32,000 nucleotides of DNA from an uncultured Candidatus Saccharimonas sp. (GCA_963528875.1 CAURWT010000001.1:90001-122000), one strand, 5' to 3'; shown: positions 1 through 9,849, counted from the first letter of the stretch. Made by a program: numbers and translations. The notes: a model not told the origin generated them from the sequence alone.

Positions 1-254
1 CCATTTTTTGAAATATAGAAAAAAGCAATCATCGAACCTATAAATTTTGCAATGTAATAAATTAAAATACAAATAGGAACAATCCAAATTGAATTCGTAA
101 ACTTATATATAAAAATTAAACTAAAAGCACCTGTTAATTTTATCGCGAAAACTCGCATATTTTTCGAAATATACAAAACAGCCATTTCATCAAAAGAAAC
201 ATATTGCCAATAATTTCGAATTTTAAAAAAAGGTTTTAATATTTTTTTAATCAT
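1..254 (-). CDS. Partial CDS (N-terminal 84 codons only): hydrophobic membrane protein that continues past the window start
   Basis: Hand translation of the minus strand from ATG at 254-252 is open to position 1 (MIKKILKPFFKIRNYWQYVSFDEMAVLYISKNMRVFAIKLTGAFSLIFIYKF...). It is hydrophobic. It is not in the ORF track because no stop lies in the window. Confidence 0.4.
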   Translation of the reverse strand, partial: MIKKILKPFFKIRNYWQYVSFDEMAVLYISKNMRVFAIKLTGAFSLIFIYKFTNSIWIVPICILIYYIAKFIGSMIAFFYISKN

Positions 255-323
255 AAGTATTTATATTTTATCATATTTGGCAAATTTTTAAAAGCTCAAA
301 AGCTTTATTTTAACCATTAAAAA

Positions 324-338
324 TGTTAAAATAAAAGT
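324..338 (+). promoter_or_regulatory. Extended -10 element (TGtTAAAAT) ending 6 nt before the murC ATG
   Basis: TG at 324-325 and TAAAAT at 327-332, then AAAAGT, then ATG at 339. No Shine-Dalgarno sequence lies between them. Confidence 0.4.
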
Positions 339-1634
339 ATGAATATTTATTTTTCTGGAATTGGCGGCGTTGGAATTGGCGCTCTTGCAAGTATCGCCCA
401 CAGTGCTGGCTATGGTGTTTTTGGTAGCGACCAAAATTCAAGTTTAATGATTGAGGAGCTTTCAAAAAAAGATATCGAAATTGAAATCGGCAAACAAGAT
501 GGACATTCTTTAAAGCAAAAATTCATCGAAAACGGCATCGATTGGTTTGTTTATACTGCAGCCCTACCTAAAAATCATCCCGAACTTTTAACGGCAAAGA
601 AATTAGGAATAAAAATTAGCAAACGCGACGAACTTTTGAACGAAATTATCAATTCAAAAAAACTCAAACTTATAGCAATTTCTGGCACTCACGGCAAAAC
701 TACAACCACAGGAATGGCAATTTGGGCTTTTCAGCAATTAGGAATTCCAATAAGTTGGTCGATCGGTACAACAATCTCCTTTGGTGCGAGCGGTTTTTAT
801 GACCCAGAAAGTGAATATTTTATCTACGAAGCTGATGAATTTGACCGAAACTTCTTGCATTTCACACCAATGGTTAGTTTAATCACTTCAATTGACCACG
901 ACCACACCGATATTTATAAAACTGAGAAAGATTATTTTGAAGCTTTCGCAGAATTTGGCTCGCAAAGCGATTTTATTATTTCTTGGAAAGATCAACATCC
1001 AGAAATTTTCAAAAACCTAAAGAACAAGGTAATTTTATCTCAGCCAGAAGATAATATTAATCTTCCTGGAATTCACAATCGAAAAAATGCTAGTCTAGTT
1101 CTTGAAACTATTGATTATTTAGTTGAAACCCAAAATCTTAAAGCTCCAAAAGATTTTTATGAAAAAGCAATTTTAGCACTAAATAATTTCCCTGGTACAA
1201 ATCGCCGTTTCGAAAAAATAACAAGCAATGTTTATTCTGATTATGGTCATCACCCAAAGGAAATTCAATCAACGCTTCAAATGGCAAAAGAAATAGCTGA
1301 AAAGCAAGGATTTTCTGGAGTATCATTAATTTATCAACCACATCAAAATATTCGACAAATTGAAGTTCAAGATGAATATACGCCAGAAATCTTTGAAAAT
1401 GCCAATGAAGTTATTTGGCTGCCAACATATTTAAGCCGTGAAAACCCAGATTTCGAAATACTTTCGCCAGAATTCCTTTCAAGAAAAATATCAGAAAAAA
1501 CAACAATTTTAGATTTTTCAGATAATCCAAAAGAATTAATAGAGAAGATTTTAAGTTTAAAAGCAAAAAACCGATTAATTCTAGCAATGAGTGCTGGCTC
1601 ACTTGATGGCTGGATTCGAAAAAGATTAAAATAA
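339..1634 (+). CDS. murC: Mur ligase, UDP-N-acetylmuramate--L-alanine ligase (MurC/Mpl type)
   Basis: 431 aa with N-terminal GIGGVGIG Rossmann motif and the Mur-ligase P-loop GTHGKTTTTGM. It also has EADEFDRNF, DHDHTDIY, GTNRRFE, DYGHHPKEI and YQPHQ motifs in the MurC order. Confidence 0.75.
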   Translation: MNIYFSGIGGVGIGALASIAHSAGYGVFGSDQNSSLMIEELSKKDIEIEIGKQDGHSLKQKFIENGIDWFVYTAALPKNHPELLTAKKLGIKISKRDELLNEIINSKKLKLIAISGTHGKTTTTGMAIWAFQQLGIPISWSIGTTISFGASGFYDPESEYFIYEADEFDRNFLHFTPMVSLITSIDHDHTDIYKTEKDYFEAFAEFGSQSDFIISWKDQHPEIFKNLKNKVILSQPEDNINLPGIHNRKNASLVLETIDYLVETQNLKAPKDFYEKAILALNNFPGTNRRFEKITSNVYSDYGHHPKEIQSTLQMAKEIAEKQGFSGVSLIYQPHQNIRQIEVQDEYTPEIFENANEVIWLPTYLSRENPDFEILSPEFLSRKISEKTTILDFSDNPKELIEKILSLKAKNRLILAMSAGSLDGWIRKRLK

Positions 1635-1642
1635 AATATATT

Positions 1643-1669
1643 CCCGCAAAAAAAGCGGGTTTATTTTTT
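1643..1669 (+). terminator. Rho-independent terminator of murC
   Basis: Stem CCCGC (1643-1647) / GCGGG (1655-1659), followed by TTTATTTTTT. Confidence 0.7.
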
Positions 1670-1671
1670 AA

Positions 1672-1700
1672 TAAAAATAAAAAAGCGGGAAAAAACCGCT
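1672..1700 (-). terminator. Rho-independent terminator for the convergent minus-strand gene
   Basis: On the minus strand the stem is AGCGG/CCGCT (1684-1688 / 1696-1700), followed by a T-rich run (the plus-strand A-run at 1672-1683). Confidence 0.55.
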
Positions 1701-1767
1701 TAAATATCAAACTGGTGATAAAAATCAAGATTTTTCAAAATACTCTCAACCTTTTCCTAGTGTCGTC

Positions 1768-2248
1768 CTAAACTATTGACGGGCTACCCGAAAGTTTATC
1801 GGCAACTATTTTCATGGATTTCTCCAAGGTTAAAGCAAGATTGTTAAACAGACAAAGTGAATAAATATTTAAATATAAATCCGAAGAATAGTCAAAGAGT
1901 GAAATTAACTCCCACCATGCCTCCCTTATCAACCCCGAAACATCATCGTATTTGAATTCATTTCTGGAAGATATTTGAACAATTTTAATAGACGAATCAA
2001 GAACTCTTTTTGCGCAAGAATTTAAACGTATTACTTCATTGATGATTAGAGATTCATTCTTTATAAAATTAATTTTTAAGCTTTCTACACCCATACTATG
2101 TATATAAAGATCGGGATCAAGATTAAGCTCGTTCATAATTTCCGAAAGTTTTTTTAAATGCACCTAGCCATTCATCAATAGTATGTCGCTCGGACGCAAA
2201 AATAATTTTGTCTAAATATTTTCTCGTAAAATCTTCGTTTTTAATCAT
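1768..2248 (-). pseudogene. Hypothetical protein gene split by a 1-nt frame change at a homopolymer (about 159 aa if repaired)
   Basis: A 41-codon ORF (2248..2123) starts at an ATG with a strong SD (GAGAGGAAG, 7-nt spacer). The 131-aa track ORF (2163..1768) starts at GTG with no SD and lies in the +1 frame. The two frames meet at an A7 run on the minus strand (T7 at 2149-2155 on plus). Removing one A gives a continuous ...EWLGAFKKLSEIMNEL... reading. Confidence 0.55.
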
Positions 2249-2344
2249 TATTCTTCCTCTCACTTTATATGATATCATAAAATAGACTAAAGTGGTATAA
2301 ACTAAGTTAACTTTTTGCCTCTACTCCGAATTTTGCTCAGCAAT

Positions 2345-2365
2345 AAAAAAACGCGCTGGCGCGCG
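2345..2365 (-). terminator. Terminator downstream of tRNA-Leu
   Basis: GC stem CGCGC/GCGCG (2352-2356 / 2361-2365), followed on the minus strand by T7 (plus-strand A7 at 2345-2351). Confidence 0.6.
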
Positions 2366-2388
2366 AATATTTTTCAAAAAGTCTAGTA

Positions 2389-2475
2389 TGGTGCGCACGA
2401 GAAGACTTGAACTTCCACGAGCCGAAGCTCACTAGCCCCTCAAGCTAGCGCGTCTACCAATTCCGCCACGCGCGC
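2389..2475 (-). tRNA. tRNA-Leu (anticodon GAG), CCA encoded
   Basis: The reverse complement GCGCGCGTGGCGGAATTGGTAGACGCGCTAGCTTGAGGGGCTAGTGAGCTTCGGCTCGTGGAAGTTCAAGTCTTCTCGTGCGCACCA folds as a cloverleaf. The anticodon stem is CTAGC/GCTAG with loop TTGAGGG, and there is a long variable arm and a TTCAAGT T-loop. Confidence 0.9.
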
Positions 2476-2499
2476 AAAACCATTTTAATTATATCAAAA

Positions 2500-4338
2500 C
2501 TACGGCGTCTTGTAAAGAGTTGATTTTGAAGCAGACCAATATATTACATCTGCATATCTATTAACCTCTGTTACAAAAGTATTATTTACCGAATATGCCT
2601 GAACTGATTTTCGAAAAACATAACTCGTTTTAGTCTGACCAAGACCAATGGCGACCGAATTAGCTAACCAACGTTGAGTAAATTTAGTTATTTGCAACTT
2701 TTTCTCATTCGAGCTTTGAGCGGTTCTTGAATTTAGCAAAAGATCATCGGCAACCGCATCATTATAATTTGAGAAGTTCAATCCCTTTTGGCCAGATTGT
2801 GAAGAATGCCAAAAAGCGTAGATATCAGGATCAGCGCCAAGATCAATCTCATAAACTAAAATACTATAGTTTCTTGGCTGGAGTATTGATTGAACGAAAG
2901 CTCCGGTTTTATCATTTTTATCAATTACTGTTAATTTTACTTCAAATCCGAGTTTTTTAAGCTGACTCTCAATTTCTTCAGCAGCTTTCTTATAGTTATA
3001 AACACTAGTTGTTGCAATATTTAAAATAGCTGTCTTACCATCTTTTTCTAAAATACCGTTCGAATTTTTCTTCCAGCCAGCTTCATCTAATATTTTTTGC
3101 GCTTGGTCGAAATCATATTTAGGAACGCTCAAATCTTTAGTATTCAAAAACTGATTCAAAGTTGGAAAATCAAGTCTATCAATAAATTCCATTTCTTTTC
3201 GAACTTTCGAAATATCAACCCCAGTTTGAATAGCTTTTCGAACCTTTAAATCTTTCAAAACTGAATCAGAATTATTCAAAAAAGCATAAATTCCACGATT
3301 AATATTAGTTTCTCGAGATTTTAATTTATCCCGCTCAGATTCTGAAAATTCACTGATTTTAAGACTTGGCGATGCAACAATCTCACCAGAGATCAAAGCA
3401 TTTTTAAGCTTAGTCTCATCTTTAAAGGCAATAATATCAAAGTTATCAATATAGGCCTCACCCTTATAATATCGCTTGTTTTTAACTAATGAAATAATAG
3501 TTTTATCACCATCATTCTGAATAGATTTAAAATTAAATGCACCAGAAGTTATCGGGTTCTTCGAAAAAGCACTTTCGCGGATCTTCTCTGTTTGAATATC
3601 TTTTAAAATATGCTCTGGCAATATTGAAAAATTAAAACTATACAATATAGAAGAAGAACTTAACGGCACTTTAACACTAAATTCATAATCACTATTTTTC
3701 GAAATATCAACATTTTTCCAGGCTTTAAAACCAGAAGGATTAATTGATTGCTCTCTCAATAGCTTTATAGTGAAAATTACATCATTGGCTGTTATTTTTT
3801 GGCCATCAGACCAAACAGCATTGTTCCGCATTTTAATTTTAAAGTTTTTATAATTATCAGATGTTGAAACACTTTCAGCTAAATCGCCCTTCAAATTTCC
3901 CGTTTCATCAATATCATAAAGACGGGAAAAAGCAATTTGTTCGAAAGATTTTTCCGTATCAGTTGAGGTAAATAATGGATTCAAGGTTTTAACTTCACCC
4001 AAAATTCCTTCTGAATAAGTTCCTCCTCTATAAAAAATATCCTCGCTATAGTTTTCAGCACTTAACCCGCGAAAAATGCCAACAGAAAAAATCAAAATAG
4101 ACACAACGCAGATCCAAGAAATAACTATTTTTCGAACATTCGACAAATTCTCAAAACGACCAAAAAACATTTTTTTCGTATGAAAAGTGATAGCCTTTTC
4201 AACTAAATCTGCTCTTTCAGCTAAAGTAGCCTTATTATTAAAAGTTTGAATTGTTTTATTTTTTGAAACCTGATCTCTATTTTTTTGAGAAATAGCAGAA
4301 ACTCGTCTAACCTTTTTAGGGATATTTTTAAAGTCCAT
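2500..4338 (-). CDS. Family-5 extracellular solute-binding protein (peptide/nickel ABC-transporter type) with an N-terminal TM anchor
   Basis: 612 aa with a basic N-terminus and one TM helix (IVISWICVVSILIFSVGIF). AVWSDGQKITANDVIFTI matches the W-x-DG-x-x-(I/V)TA-x-DV signature region of SBP_bac_5 proteins. Overall length and architecture are OppA/DppA-like. Confidence 0.65.
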   Translation of the reverse strand: MDFKNIPKKVRRVSAISQKNRDQVSKNKTIQTFNNKATLAERADLVEKAITFHTKKMFFGRFENLSNVRKIVISWICVVSILIFSVGIFRGLSAENYSEDIFYRGGTYSEGILGEVKTLNPLFTSTDTEKSFEQIAFSRLYDIDETGNLKGDLAESVSTSDNYKNFKIKMRNNAVWSDGQKITANDVIFTIKLLREQSINPSGFKAWKNVDISKNSDYEFSVKVPLSSSSILYSFNFSILPEHILKDIQTEKIRESAFSKNPITSGAFNFKSIQNDGDKTIISLVKNKRYYKGEAYIDNFDIIAFKDETKLKNALISGEIVASPSLKISEFSESERDKLKSRETNINRGIYAFLNNSDSVLKDLKVRKAIQTGVDISKVRKEMEFIDRLDFPTLNQFLNTKDLSVPKYDFDQAQKILDEAGWKKNSNGILEKDGKTAILNIATTSVYNYKKAAEEIESQLKKLGFEVKLTVIDKNDKTGAFVQSILQPRNYSILVYEIDLGADPDIYAFWHSSQSGQKGLNFSNYNDAVADDLLLNSRTAQSSNEKKLQITKFTQRWLANSVAIGLGQTKTSYVFRKSVQAYSVNNTFVTEVNRYADVIYWSASKSTLYKTP

Positions 4339-4350
4339 TAAAACTCCTTT

Positions 4351-4578
4351 TTATTTAGGCAAAAGCAAAGTTGTAAGAATTGATGCAACAAAAACAAATG
4401 CAAAAAAAACTGTTGCCCGAAAAATACTCTTTTCAACACCGCGTCGCTCAGTATAAAGCTCGCCAGAAGCCCCAAATCCTGCCCCTAAAGTTGCTCCTCG
4501 TTGTTGTAAAAGCACTAAAATCATCATTAAAACACCAGAAATAACAGTCGAAAACTGTAAAATAATATCAATATTCAC
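4351..4578 (-). CDS. secG: Preprotein translocase subunit SecG
   Basis: 75 aa with two TM helices flanking the Gly-rich loop LLQQRGATLGAGFGASGELYTERRG, which is typical of SecG. Confidence 0.75.
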   Translation of the reverse strand: MNIDIILQFSTVISGVLMMILVLLQQRGATLGAGFGASGELYTERRGVEKSIFRATVFFAFVFVASILTTLLLPK

Positions 4579-4988
4579 TATAAAATCTCCTTTTCATCTT
4601 CAATTCTTAAAAATTGGCTCAAACTATAATTTAGCAAGCTCATAGCTGCTCCTACAATTACAGAATTCCAAAATCCCATTGAAATATTCGGTGCTAAAAG
4701 TATCGAAATCCAAACAATCATACCATTAACTATCAGTGTAAAAAAACCAAAAGTTAAGATAATCATTGGAAGTGATAGGATTGTAAGAATAGTTTTAAGC
4801 GTGCTATTCACAATTGAAAAAATTAAACCAGCAAGAAAGAAGGTTCCCGCACTGTGGTTGCTGACATTTCCAAAAATAGAAATTAAAATCCATAATAAAA
4901 AACTATTTAAAAACCACCGATTTATAAATTCTATCAACTGCTTCTTCACATATATAATTTTACCATATTTTAACAATAAAAAAAACAC
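4578..4988 (-). CDS. Four-TM membrane protein of the phage-holin-4/YvlD (DUF360)-like type; start codon uncertain
   Basis: 136 aa. The segment LKTILTILSLPMIILTFGFFTLIVNGMIVWISILLAP resembles the conserved core of YvlD-like proteins. An internal GVG-frame GTG (VKKQLIEF) is an alternative start. It overlaps the secG start by 1 nt. Confidence 0.5.
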   Translation of the reverse strand: MFFLLLKYGKIIYVKKQLIEFINRWFLNSFLLWILISIFGNVSNHSAGTFFLAGLIFSIVNSTLKTILTILSLPMIILTFGFFTLIVNGMIVWISILLAPNISMGFWNSVIVGAAMSLLNYSLSQFLRIEDEKEIL

Positions 4989-5012
4989 CTTTTGGTGAAT
5001 TTTCTAATATAT

Positions 5013-5089
5013 TGGAGGGTCTGATGGGGCTTGAACCCATGACACCCTGCTTAAAAGGCAGGTGCTCTAACCAGCTGAGCTACAGACCC
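5013..5089 (-). tRNA. tRNA-Lys (anticodon TTT), CCA encoded
   Basis: The reverse complement is GGGTCTGTAGCTCAGCTGGTTAGAGCACCTGCCTTTTAAGCAGGGTGTCATGGGTTCAAGCCCCATCAGACCCTCCA. The anticodon stem is CCTGC/GCAGG with loop CTTTTAA, and the acceptor is GGGTCTG/CAGACCC. Confidence 0.9.
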
Positions 5090-5134
5090 AATCGCTGAAT
5101 ACATATTAAAGTATATATCAATTATTTTTAAAAG

Positions 5135-5599
5135 TCAAGGGTTTTTCTCATTTTTCTTAAATTTAAATGAGGTTATACTTAAAATAGAAAAAATAACTCC
5201 CACCAAAATAACCCAACTAGCCCATTTTTCAAGCGGCTGCGAAATACTTTTCGAAAGTAAATCTGGTAAAAAAACTTTTTCGAAATATGAAAGTGACACT
5301 AAATATGTAAGAATTGCTGAAAATATCGAAGAGAGTATACCAAAAATCCATTTTTCTTGTTTTGGATTTTTTGCTAAAATTATCAAAGCTGGTGCTAAAA
5401 TTAGAAATAAGCCAACAATTCCACTCAAAGTTGATTCTGGAATTACCAAATTTGAAGTTGTCAAAAAATTAGTAATATCTTTATTCCAATATCTATTCAA
5501 AACAATTCCCGCGAGAATAATAAGATTGAAATAGCCCATTTTACGCCGAGAGAGCGTTAAAAAAATCGAAAGAATTACAATAAAAATAATTGTTGTCAT
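5135..5599 (-). CDS. Hypothetical integral membrane protein (about 4 TM)
   Basis: 154-aa hydrophobic ORF with no recognisable motif. A consensus-like promoter lies immediately upstream. Confidence 0.5.
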   Translation of the reverse strand: MTTIIFIVILSIFLTLSRRKMGYFNLIILAGIVLNRYWNKDITNFLTTSNLVIPESTLSGIVGLFLILAPALIILAKNPKQEKWIFGILSSIFSAILTYLVSLSYFEKVFLPDLLSKSISQPLEKWASWVILVGVIFSILSITSFKFKKNEKNP

Positions 5600-5605
5600 A
5601 GCAAT

Positions 5606-5634
5606 ATTATAGCATAAGCTCCAAGGATGCTCAA
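5606..5634 (-). promoter_or_regulatory. Sigma-70-type promoter TTGAGC-17-TATAAT ending 6 nt before the ATG (leaderless geometry)
   Basis: On the minus strand: -35 TTGAGC (5634-5629), a 17-nt spacer ending in TGC, -10 TATAAT (5611-5606), then ATTGCT, then ATG at 5599. Confidence 0.55.
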
Positions 5635-5677
5635 ATTATTTTATAAAAATAGAACAACTGCGCTAACATATTGTCTC

Positions 5678-5708
5678 ATAAAATAGCCGAGCTATTAAAT
5701 AACTCGGC
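5678..5708 (-). terminator. Terminator of dnaJ
   Basis: Stem GCCGAG/CTCGGC (5686-5691 / 5703-5708), followed on the minus strand by TATTTTAT. Confidence 0.55.
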
Positions 5709-5715
5709 CAACTAT

Positions 5716-6816
5716 TTAAAATAATGATTTTTTAGATTTCTTAAATTCTATCAAAAGCTCTTTTTGTTTTTTCGAAAGCTTCGTAGGAGTTTCGACAATA
5801 ATTGTCACAATTTGAGCACCTCTTCTTTCAGTTCGAAGGTGAGGCACGCCGTGACCTGAAAGCTTAAAATCAGTATGGCTTTGTGTTCCAGCTGGAATCT
5901 TCATCGTCAGCTTTCCGTCAATTGTTTCAACTTCAATTTCAGCACCAAGCGCAGCATCGATCATTGAAATTCTCTCTTCGCTCAAAATTAAATCACCTTC
6001 ACGCGTAAATTTTTTATCAGCTTTAACATAGATGTTTACATATAAATCACCTTTTTCACCACCTTTAATTGCTTCACCATGGCCAGAAAGCCGAATTGTT
6101 GCACCATCATCAATTCCTGCTGGAATTTTAAGTTTTACTGTTTGCTTTTTACGCAAAATTCCAGCACCACGGCAAACTGAACAATTTTGCTTCGGAATCT
6201 CACCACGACCATCACAAGTCGGGCAAGTTACAGTTTGCTGAATTGGGCCAAAAAGAGTTTGAGTGGCACGAGTTTGCTGACCACTTCCATTACAATCTGG
6301 ACATTTTTGCATTCCGTGACCAGGCTCTGCACCAGAGCCATCACAATGCTCGCACTCATCGTCTAGATTTAATGAAATCTCAGTTTCAGTCCCAAAAACC
6401 GCCTCTTTAAAATTCAAAGTTAGATCTACTTCAACATCGCGACCTTTTTTATTTTTTGAACTGCGGCCATTCGAAAATCCGCCACCAAAAATTCCGTCAA
6501 AAATATCACCAAATCCGCCGCCAAAATCAAAATTAACATTCTGGCCCGAAAATCCGCTAAAACCTTCGAAAGGATTTCCGCCAGAAAATCCACCAGAGTT
6601 TCCGCCAACTCCTGCATGGCCAAACTGGTCATATCGCTGGCGCTTTTCTTTATCTTTTAAAACCTCATAGGCTTCATTCACCTCTTTAAAAGCCTTTTCA
6701 TCTCCACCTTTATCTGGATGAAGCTCAACTGCTTTTTTTCGAAAAGCCTTTTTAATTTCATCAGCACTGGCGTCTTTTTTTACACCTAAAATATCATAAT
6801 AATCTGTTTTGCTCAT
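5716..6816 (-). CDS. dnaJ: Molecular chaperone DnaJ (type I Hsp40)
   Basis: 366 aa with a J-domain containing HPD (YYDILGV...LHPDKGG) and a G/F-rich linker. It has four CxxCxGxG zinc-finger repeats ([32 protein letters not shown]). Confidence 0.95.
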   Translation of the reverse strand: MSKTDYYDILGVKKDASADEIKKAFRKKAVELHPDKGGDEKAFKEVNEAYEVLKDKEKRQRYDQFGHAGVGGNSGGFSGGNPFEGFSGFSGQNVNFDFGGGFGDIFDGIFGGGFSNGRSSKNKKGRDVEVDLTLNFKEAVFGTETEISLNLDDECEHCDGSGAEPGHGMQKCPDCNGSGQQTRATQTLFGPIQQTVTCPTCDGRGEIPKQNCSVCRGAGILRKKQTVKLKIPAGIDDGATIRLSGHGEAIKGGEKGDLYVNIYVKADKKFTREGDLILSEERISMIDAALGAEIEVETIDGKLTMKIPAGTQSHTDFKLSGHGVPHLRTERRGAQIVTIIVETPTKLSKKQKELLIEFKKSKKSLF

Positions 6817-6823
6817 ATAATAT

Positions 6824-6861
6824 ATTATAGCAAATTAGCACTTAAAGAGCAAGAGTGCTAA
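6824..6861 (-). promoter_or_regulatory. dnaJ promoter with embedded CIRCE (HrcA operator)
   Basis: CIRCE TTAGCACTT-N9-GAGTGCTAA lies at 6835-6861. On the minus strand the -35 TTGCTC (6852-6847) sits in the CIRCE spacer. A 17-nt spacer and -10 TATAAT (6829-6824) follow, then 7 nt, then ATG at 6816 with no SD. Confidence 0.8.
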
Positions 6862-6982
6862 TTATTATTTTCTATATTTTTTAGCTGAAATTCCAGCCAG
6901 TTTCTTTGTTTTCATTTTGATTATTTTGATTAAAATTTTCCATAGACTATATTATATCACCAAACCAGCTTTTCATCAAAAA

Positions 6983-7150
6983 TTATTCCGATTTTTTCTT
7001 CGAATTTTCTTTAATTACACTCTCAATATAGCCGTTTAAATTATTATCAATCCGATTAATTTCAAAAGTTAGATAAGCCAACCATCCAAATATAATTATT
7101 GTCAAAATAATAGTAATGAGTTTTTTGTCATTCTTATTAATAAACTTCAT
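6983..7150 (-). CDS. Small single-TM protein (55 aa from the SD-supported ATG)
   Basis: The track ORF runs to 7177 (GTG). However, the ATG at 7150 is preceded by GAGGA with a 7-nt spacer. The product MKFINKNDKKLITIILTIIIFGWLAYLTF... has one TM helix. Confidence 0.45.
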   Translation of the reverse strand: MKFINKNDKKLITIILTIIIFGWLAYLTFEINRIDNNLNGYIESVIKENSKKKSE

Positions 7151-7333
7151 ATAAATATCCTCAATTAAATAGCTCACCCTTATAAAAGCTATTTAACAGT
7201 AACCGCAACCGCATCGTGCGGAATATAAATATTTCGAGTAAATCTACCCATATTTATTTTACCAAATATCGTTCTATAGTAAAAACTCCTAAAACCTGAA
7301 CTATAATTCTCCTATTAACCCTCAATCTTCTTG

Positions 7334-7537
7334 TCAAAAATTCTCTCCATTATTGAATAGCATTCTAACTAAAGAATGTACTACCCGCAAAACTATTATC
7401 CAGATGAAAAGCAACATCACGAGTGTTAGCTTTAGTAGCAAAAGAAAAACTGAAAATAAAAAAATCACTACGGTAAATAAAACAATTACTACGGTAATAA
7501 ATACATTTTGAACCGTATTAAATATCTTTTTCGCCAT
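7334..7537 (-). CDS. Small two-TM hydrophobic protein (67 aa)
   Basis: A good SD (AAAGAGG) lies 8 nt upstream of the ATG at 7537. The sequence is strongly hydrophobic. The gene lies between dnaK and dnaJ on the same strand. Confidence 0.5.
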   Translation of the reverse strand: MAKKIFNTVQNVFITVVIVLFTVVIFLFSVFLLLLKLTLVMLLFIWIIVLRVVHSLVRMLFNNGENF

Positions 7538-7620
7538 AGAAAAATACCTCTTTCTAAAAGTGCAAGCCTTGGGTGAGCGTCATTTAATTATAATAAATAA
7601 AATTGGAAAAATCAATGCAC

Positions 7621-7650
7621 AAAAAATGCCCAGTTTAACCTGAGCATTTT
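7621..7650 (-). terminator. Terminator of dnaK
   Basis: On the minus strand the stem is AAAATGCTCAG / CTGGGCATTTT (one mismatch), followed by a T-run. Confidence 0.6.
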
Positions 7651-7676
7651 TACTTTTCGAAAGGTGGATTTTCGAA

Positions 7677-9575
7677 TTATTTTTTATCAATAACTTCGCC
7701 TTCAACTGGCTCGTCATTATCTTTTTTGTGAGAAGTTTTAGCTTTCTCACCAGCTTCACCTGTATTATCTGCGCTTTGAGCCTGATACAATTTTGCACCA
7801 ATTGGCATAATTGCATCTTGAAGATCCTTAGCAGCTTTTTCAAGCTCATCTTTATCCTCGGCATTTTGGTGTTTCTTAGCCTCTTCAACAGCTTTCGAAA
7901 TTGCTTCTTCATCTTCTTTCGAAATCTTATCTTTGAATTCGCTTGGCATTTTTTCTGCTTGGTAAATAGCATTCTCTAGCTGATTTTTAGCATCGATCAA
8001 TTCGCGTTTCTTTTTATCTTCATCAGCGTGAAGTTCAGCTTCTTTTTGAGCTTTTTCAATATCTTCTTTGCTCATATTTCCTGAGTTTTGAATTGTGATA
8101 TTATTCTCTTTACCAGTTCCCTTATCTTTAGCAGTAACTGTCAAAATTCCGTTCGCATCGATGTTGAAAGTCACTTCAATTTGTGGGATTCCGCGTGGAG
8201 CTGGCGCAATTCCGGAAAGCACAAACATTCCAAGAGATTTGTTATCAGCAGCCATTTCGCGTTCACCTTGAAGCACATGAATTTCAACTTGTGGCTGATT
8301 ATCAGCATAAGTTGAGAAAACTTGTGATTTTGAAGTTGGCACAGTCGTATTTCGATCAATCATCGGAGTTCGAACGCCACCAGCAGTTTCGATTCCAAGT
8401 GTCAAAGGTGTAACGTCGAGAAGGAGCACATCTTTAACATCTCCGGCCAAAACGCCACCTTGAATTGCAGCACCAACAGCCACAACTTCGTCTGGGTTAA
8501 CACCTTGAGTTGGTTTTTTGCCAAAGATTTTTTCAACTTTTTCAACCACAGCTGGCATTCGAGTCATACCACCAACCATCACAACTTCAGCAATATCGCT
8601 AGCTTTTAGATCTGCATCTTTTAAAGCTTTTTCAACAGGATCAGCTAATCGATCAATCAAATCAGCAACTAATTCTTCAAGTTTTGCTCGAGTTAGAGTG
8701 TATTCAAAGTGTTTTGGACCATCTTCATCAGCTGTCAAGAATGGCAAGTTCACTTCGTAAGATGTTGTTGAAGAAAGCTCTTTCTTGGCTTTTTCAGCTT
8801 CATCCTTCAAGCGTTGCATTGCGGCAGAGTCATTTTTAAGATCAATTCCCTCTTCTTTTTTAAACTCATCAAGGAAGTGGTTTACAATGCGGTTGTCGAA
8901 GTCTTCACCACCAAGGTGTGTATCACCGTTTGTTGAAAGAACTTCGAAAACGCCGTCCGCAATATCAAGAATCGAAACGTCGAATGTTCCACCACCAAGG
9001 TCGAAAACAGCAATTTTTTCATCTTTTTTACCATCCAAGCCATAAGCAAGTGCGGCTGCAGTTGGCTCGTTGATAATTCGTTTTACTTCAAGACCAGCAA
9101 TTTTACCAGCATCTTTTGTTGCTTGACGTTGACTGTCATCAAAGTAAGCTGGAACAGTAATCACAGCTTCGGTAACTTTTTCACCCAAGAAAGCTTCAGC
9201 ATCAGCTTTAATTTTCGAAAGAATCATCGCTGAAACTTCTTCTGGTGTATATTCTTTGTCGCCCATTTTTACAGCCACACCACTACCTTTTTTCACAATC
9301 TCGTAAGGCATAATTCCAAGATCTTTTTGAATCTCATCATCAGAATATTTTCGGCCAATCAAACGCTTTACTCCATAAATTGTATTTTTTGGATTTGTTA
9401 CGCGCTGACGTTGTGCTACTTGGCCAACCAAGCGATCGCCTTTTTTATTGATCGCCACAACTGATGGCGTAGTTCGATTTCCTTCTGCATTCGTAATAAC
9501 CTCAGGTTTTCCTGCAACCATATAAGCAAAAGCACTGTTAGTTGTGCCAAGGTCAATTCCAATAATTTTTCCCAT
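7677..9575 (-). CDS. dnaK: Molecular chaperone DnaK (Hsp70)
   Basis: 632 aa with [20 protein letters not shown] and VGGMTRMP Hsp70 signatures. SD AAGGAG lies just upstream of the ATG. Confidence 0.97.
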   Translation of the reverse strand: MGKIIGIDLGTTNSAFAYMVAGKPEVITNAEGNRTTPSVVAINKKGDRLVGQVAQRQRVTNPKNTIYGVKRLIGRKYSDDEIQKDLGIMPYEIVKKGSGVAVKMGDKEYTPEEVSAMILSKIKADAEAFLGEKVTEAVITVPAYFDDSQRQATKDAGKIAGLEVKRIINEPTAAALAYGLDGKKDEKIAVFDLGGGTFDVSILDIADGVFEVLSTNGDTHLGGEDFDNRIVNHFLDEFKKEEGIDLKNDSAAMQRLKDEAEKAKKELSSTTSYEVNLPFLTADEDGPKHFEYTLTRAKLEELVADLIDRLADPVEKALKDADLKASDIAEVVMVGGMTRMPAVVEKVEKIFGKKPTQGVNPDEVVAVGAAIQGGVLAGDVKDVLLLDVTPLTLGIETAGGVRTPMIDRNTTVPTSKSQVFSTYADNQPQVEIHVLQGEREMAADNKSLGMFVLSGIAPAPRGIPQIEVTFNIDANGILTVTAKDKGTGKENNITIQNSGNMSKEDIEKAQKEAELHADEDKKKRELIDAKNQLENAIYQAEKMPSEFKDKISKEDEEAISKAVEEAKKHQNAEDKDELEKAAKDLQDAIMPIGAKLYQAQSADNTGEAGEKAKTSHKKDNDEPVEGEVIDKK

Positions 9576-9729
9576 TTTCTCCTTCTTTCTTTATTAAATT
9601 TATCTGCTCGATAGCCTCCCTAATCAATTTCGAATTTCTTAGCCTATTCGTATTTTTCAGAAAGCTTCTCGAAAGTTGTTAACTATTCTATAAAGCGCGC
9701 CTCGCAATTCGTTTCACGCTTATATTCTG

Positions 9730-9767
9730 ATTATACGCTTTTAGCACTCACAAGTCAAGAGTGCTAA
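9730..9767 (-). promoter_or_regulatory. dnaK promoter with embedded CIRCE (HrcA operator)
   Basis: CIRCE TTAGCACTC-N9-GAGTGCTAA lies at 9741-9767. On the minus strand the -35 TTGACT (9758-9753) sits inside the CIRCE spacer. An exact 17-nt spacer and -10 TATAAT (9735-9730) follow. The implied leader is about 147 nt. Confidence 0.85.
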
Positions 9768-9849
9768 TGTTGTATTATTTACAATAATAGTTATTTTACT
9801 TAATTTATAGTATAATATACTTAATAAATACTGTTTAAAGGAAGGATTT

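Noticed and set aside
7178-7333. An 18-codon ORF (MGRFTRNIYIPHDAVAVTVK, minus strand) and a small CCGCA/TGCGG hairpin in the spacer between the two small membrane-protein genes.
   Set aside because: It has no SD and only a marginal -10-like sequence. It is too short to distinguish from chance without comparative data.
7580-9045. A series of 60-130-aa ORFs overlap dnaK in other frames or on the other strand (7580-7972, 7728-7979, 8088-8315, 8171-8359, 8183-8413, 8518-8760, 8785-9045).
   Set aside because: All lie fully inside the unambiguous Hsp70 reading frame. They have low-complexity or K/S/F-rich translations and no SD or promoter. They are shadow ORFs of a highly expressed gene.
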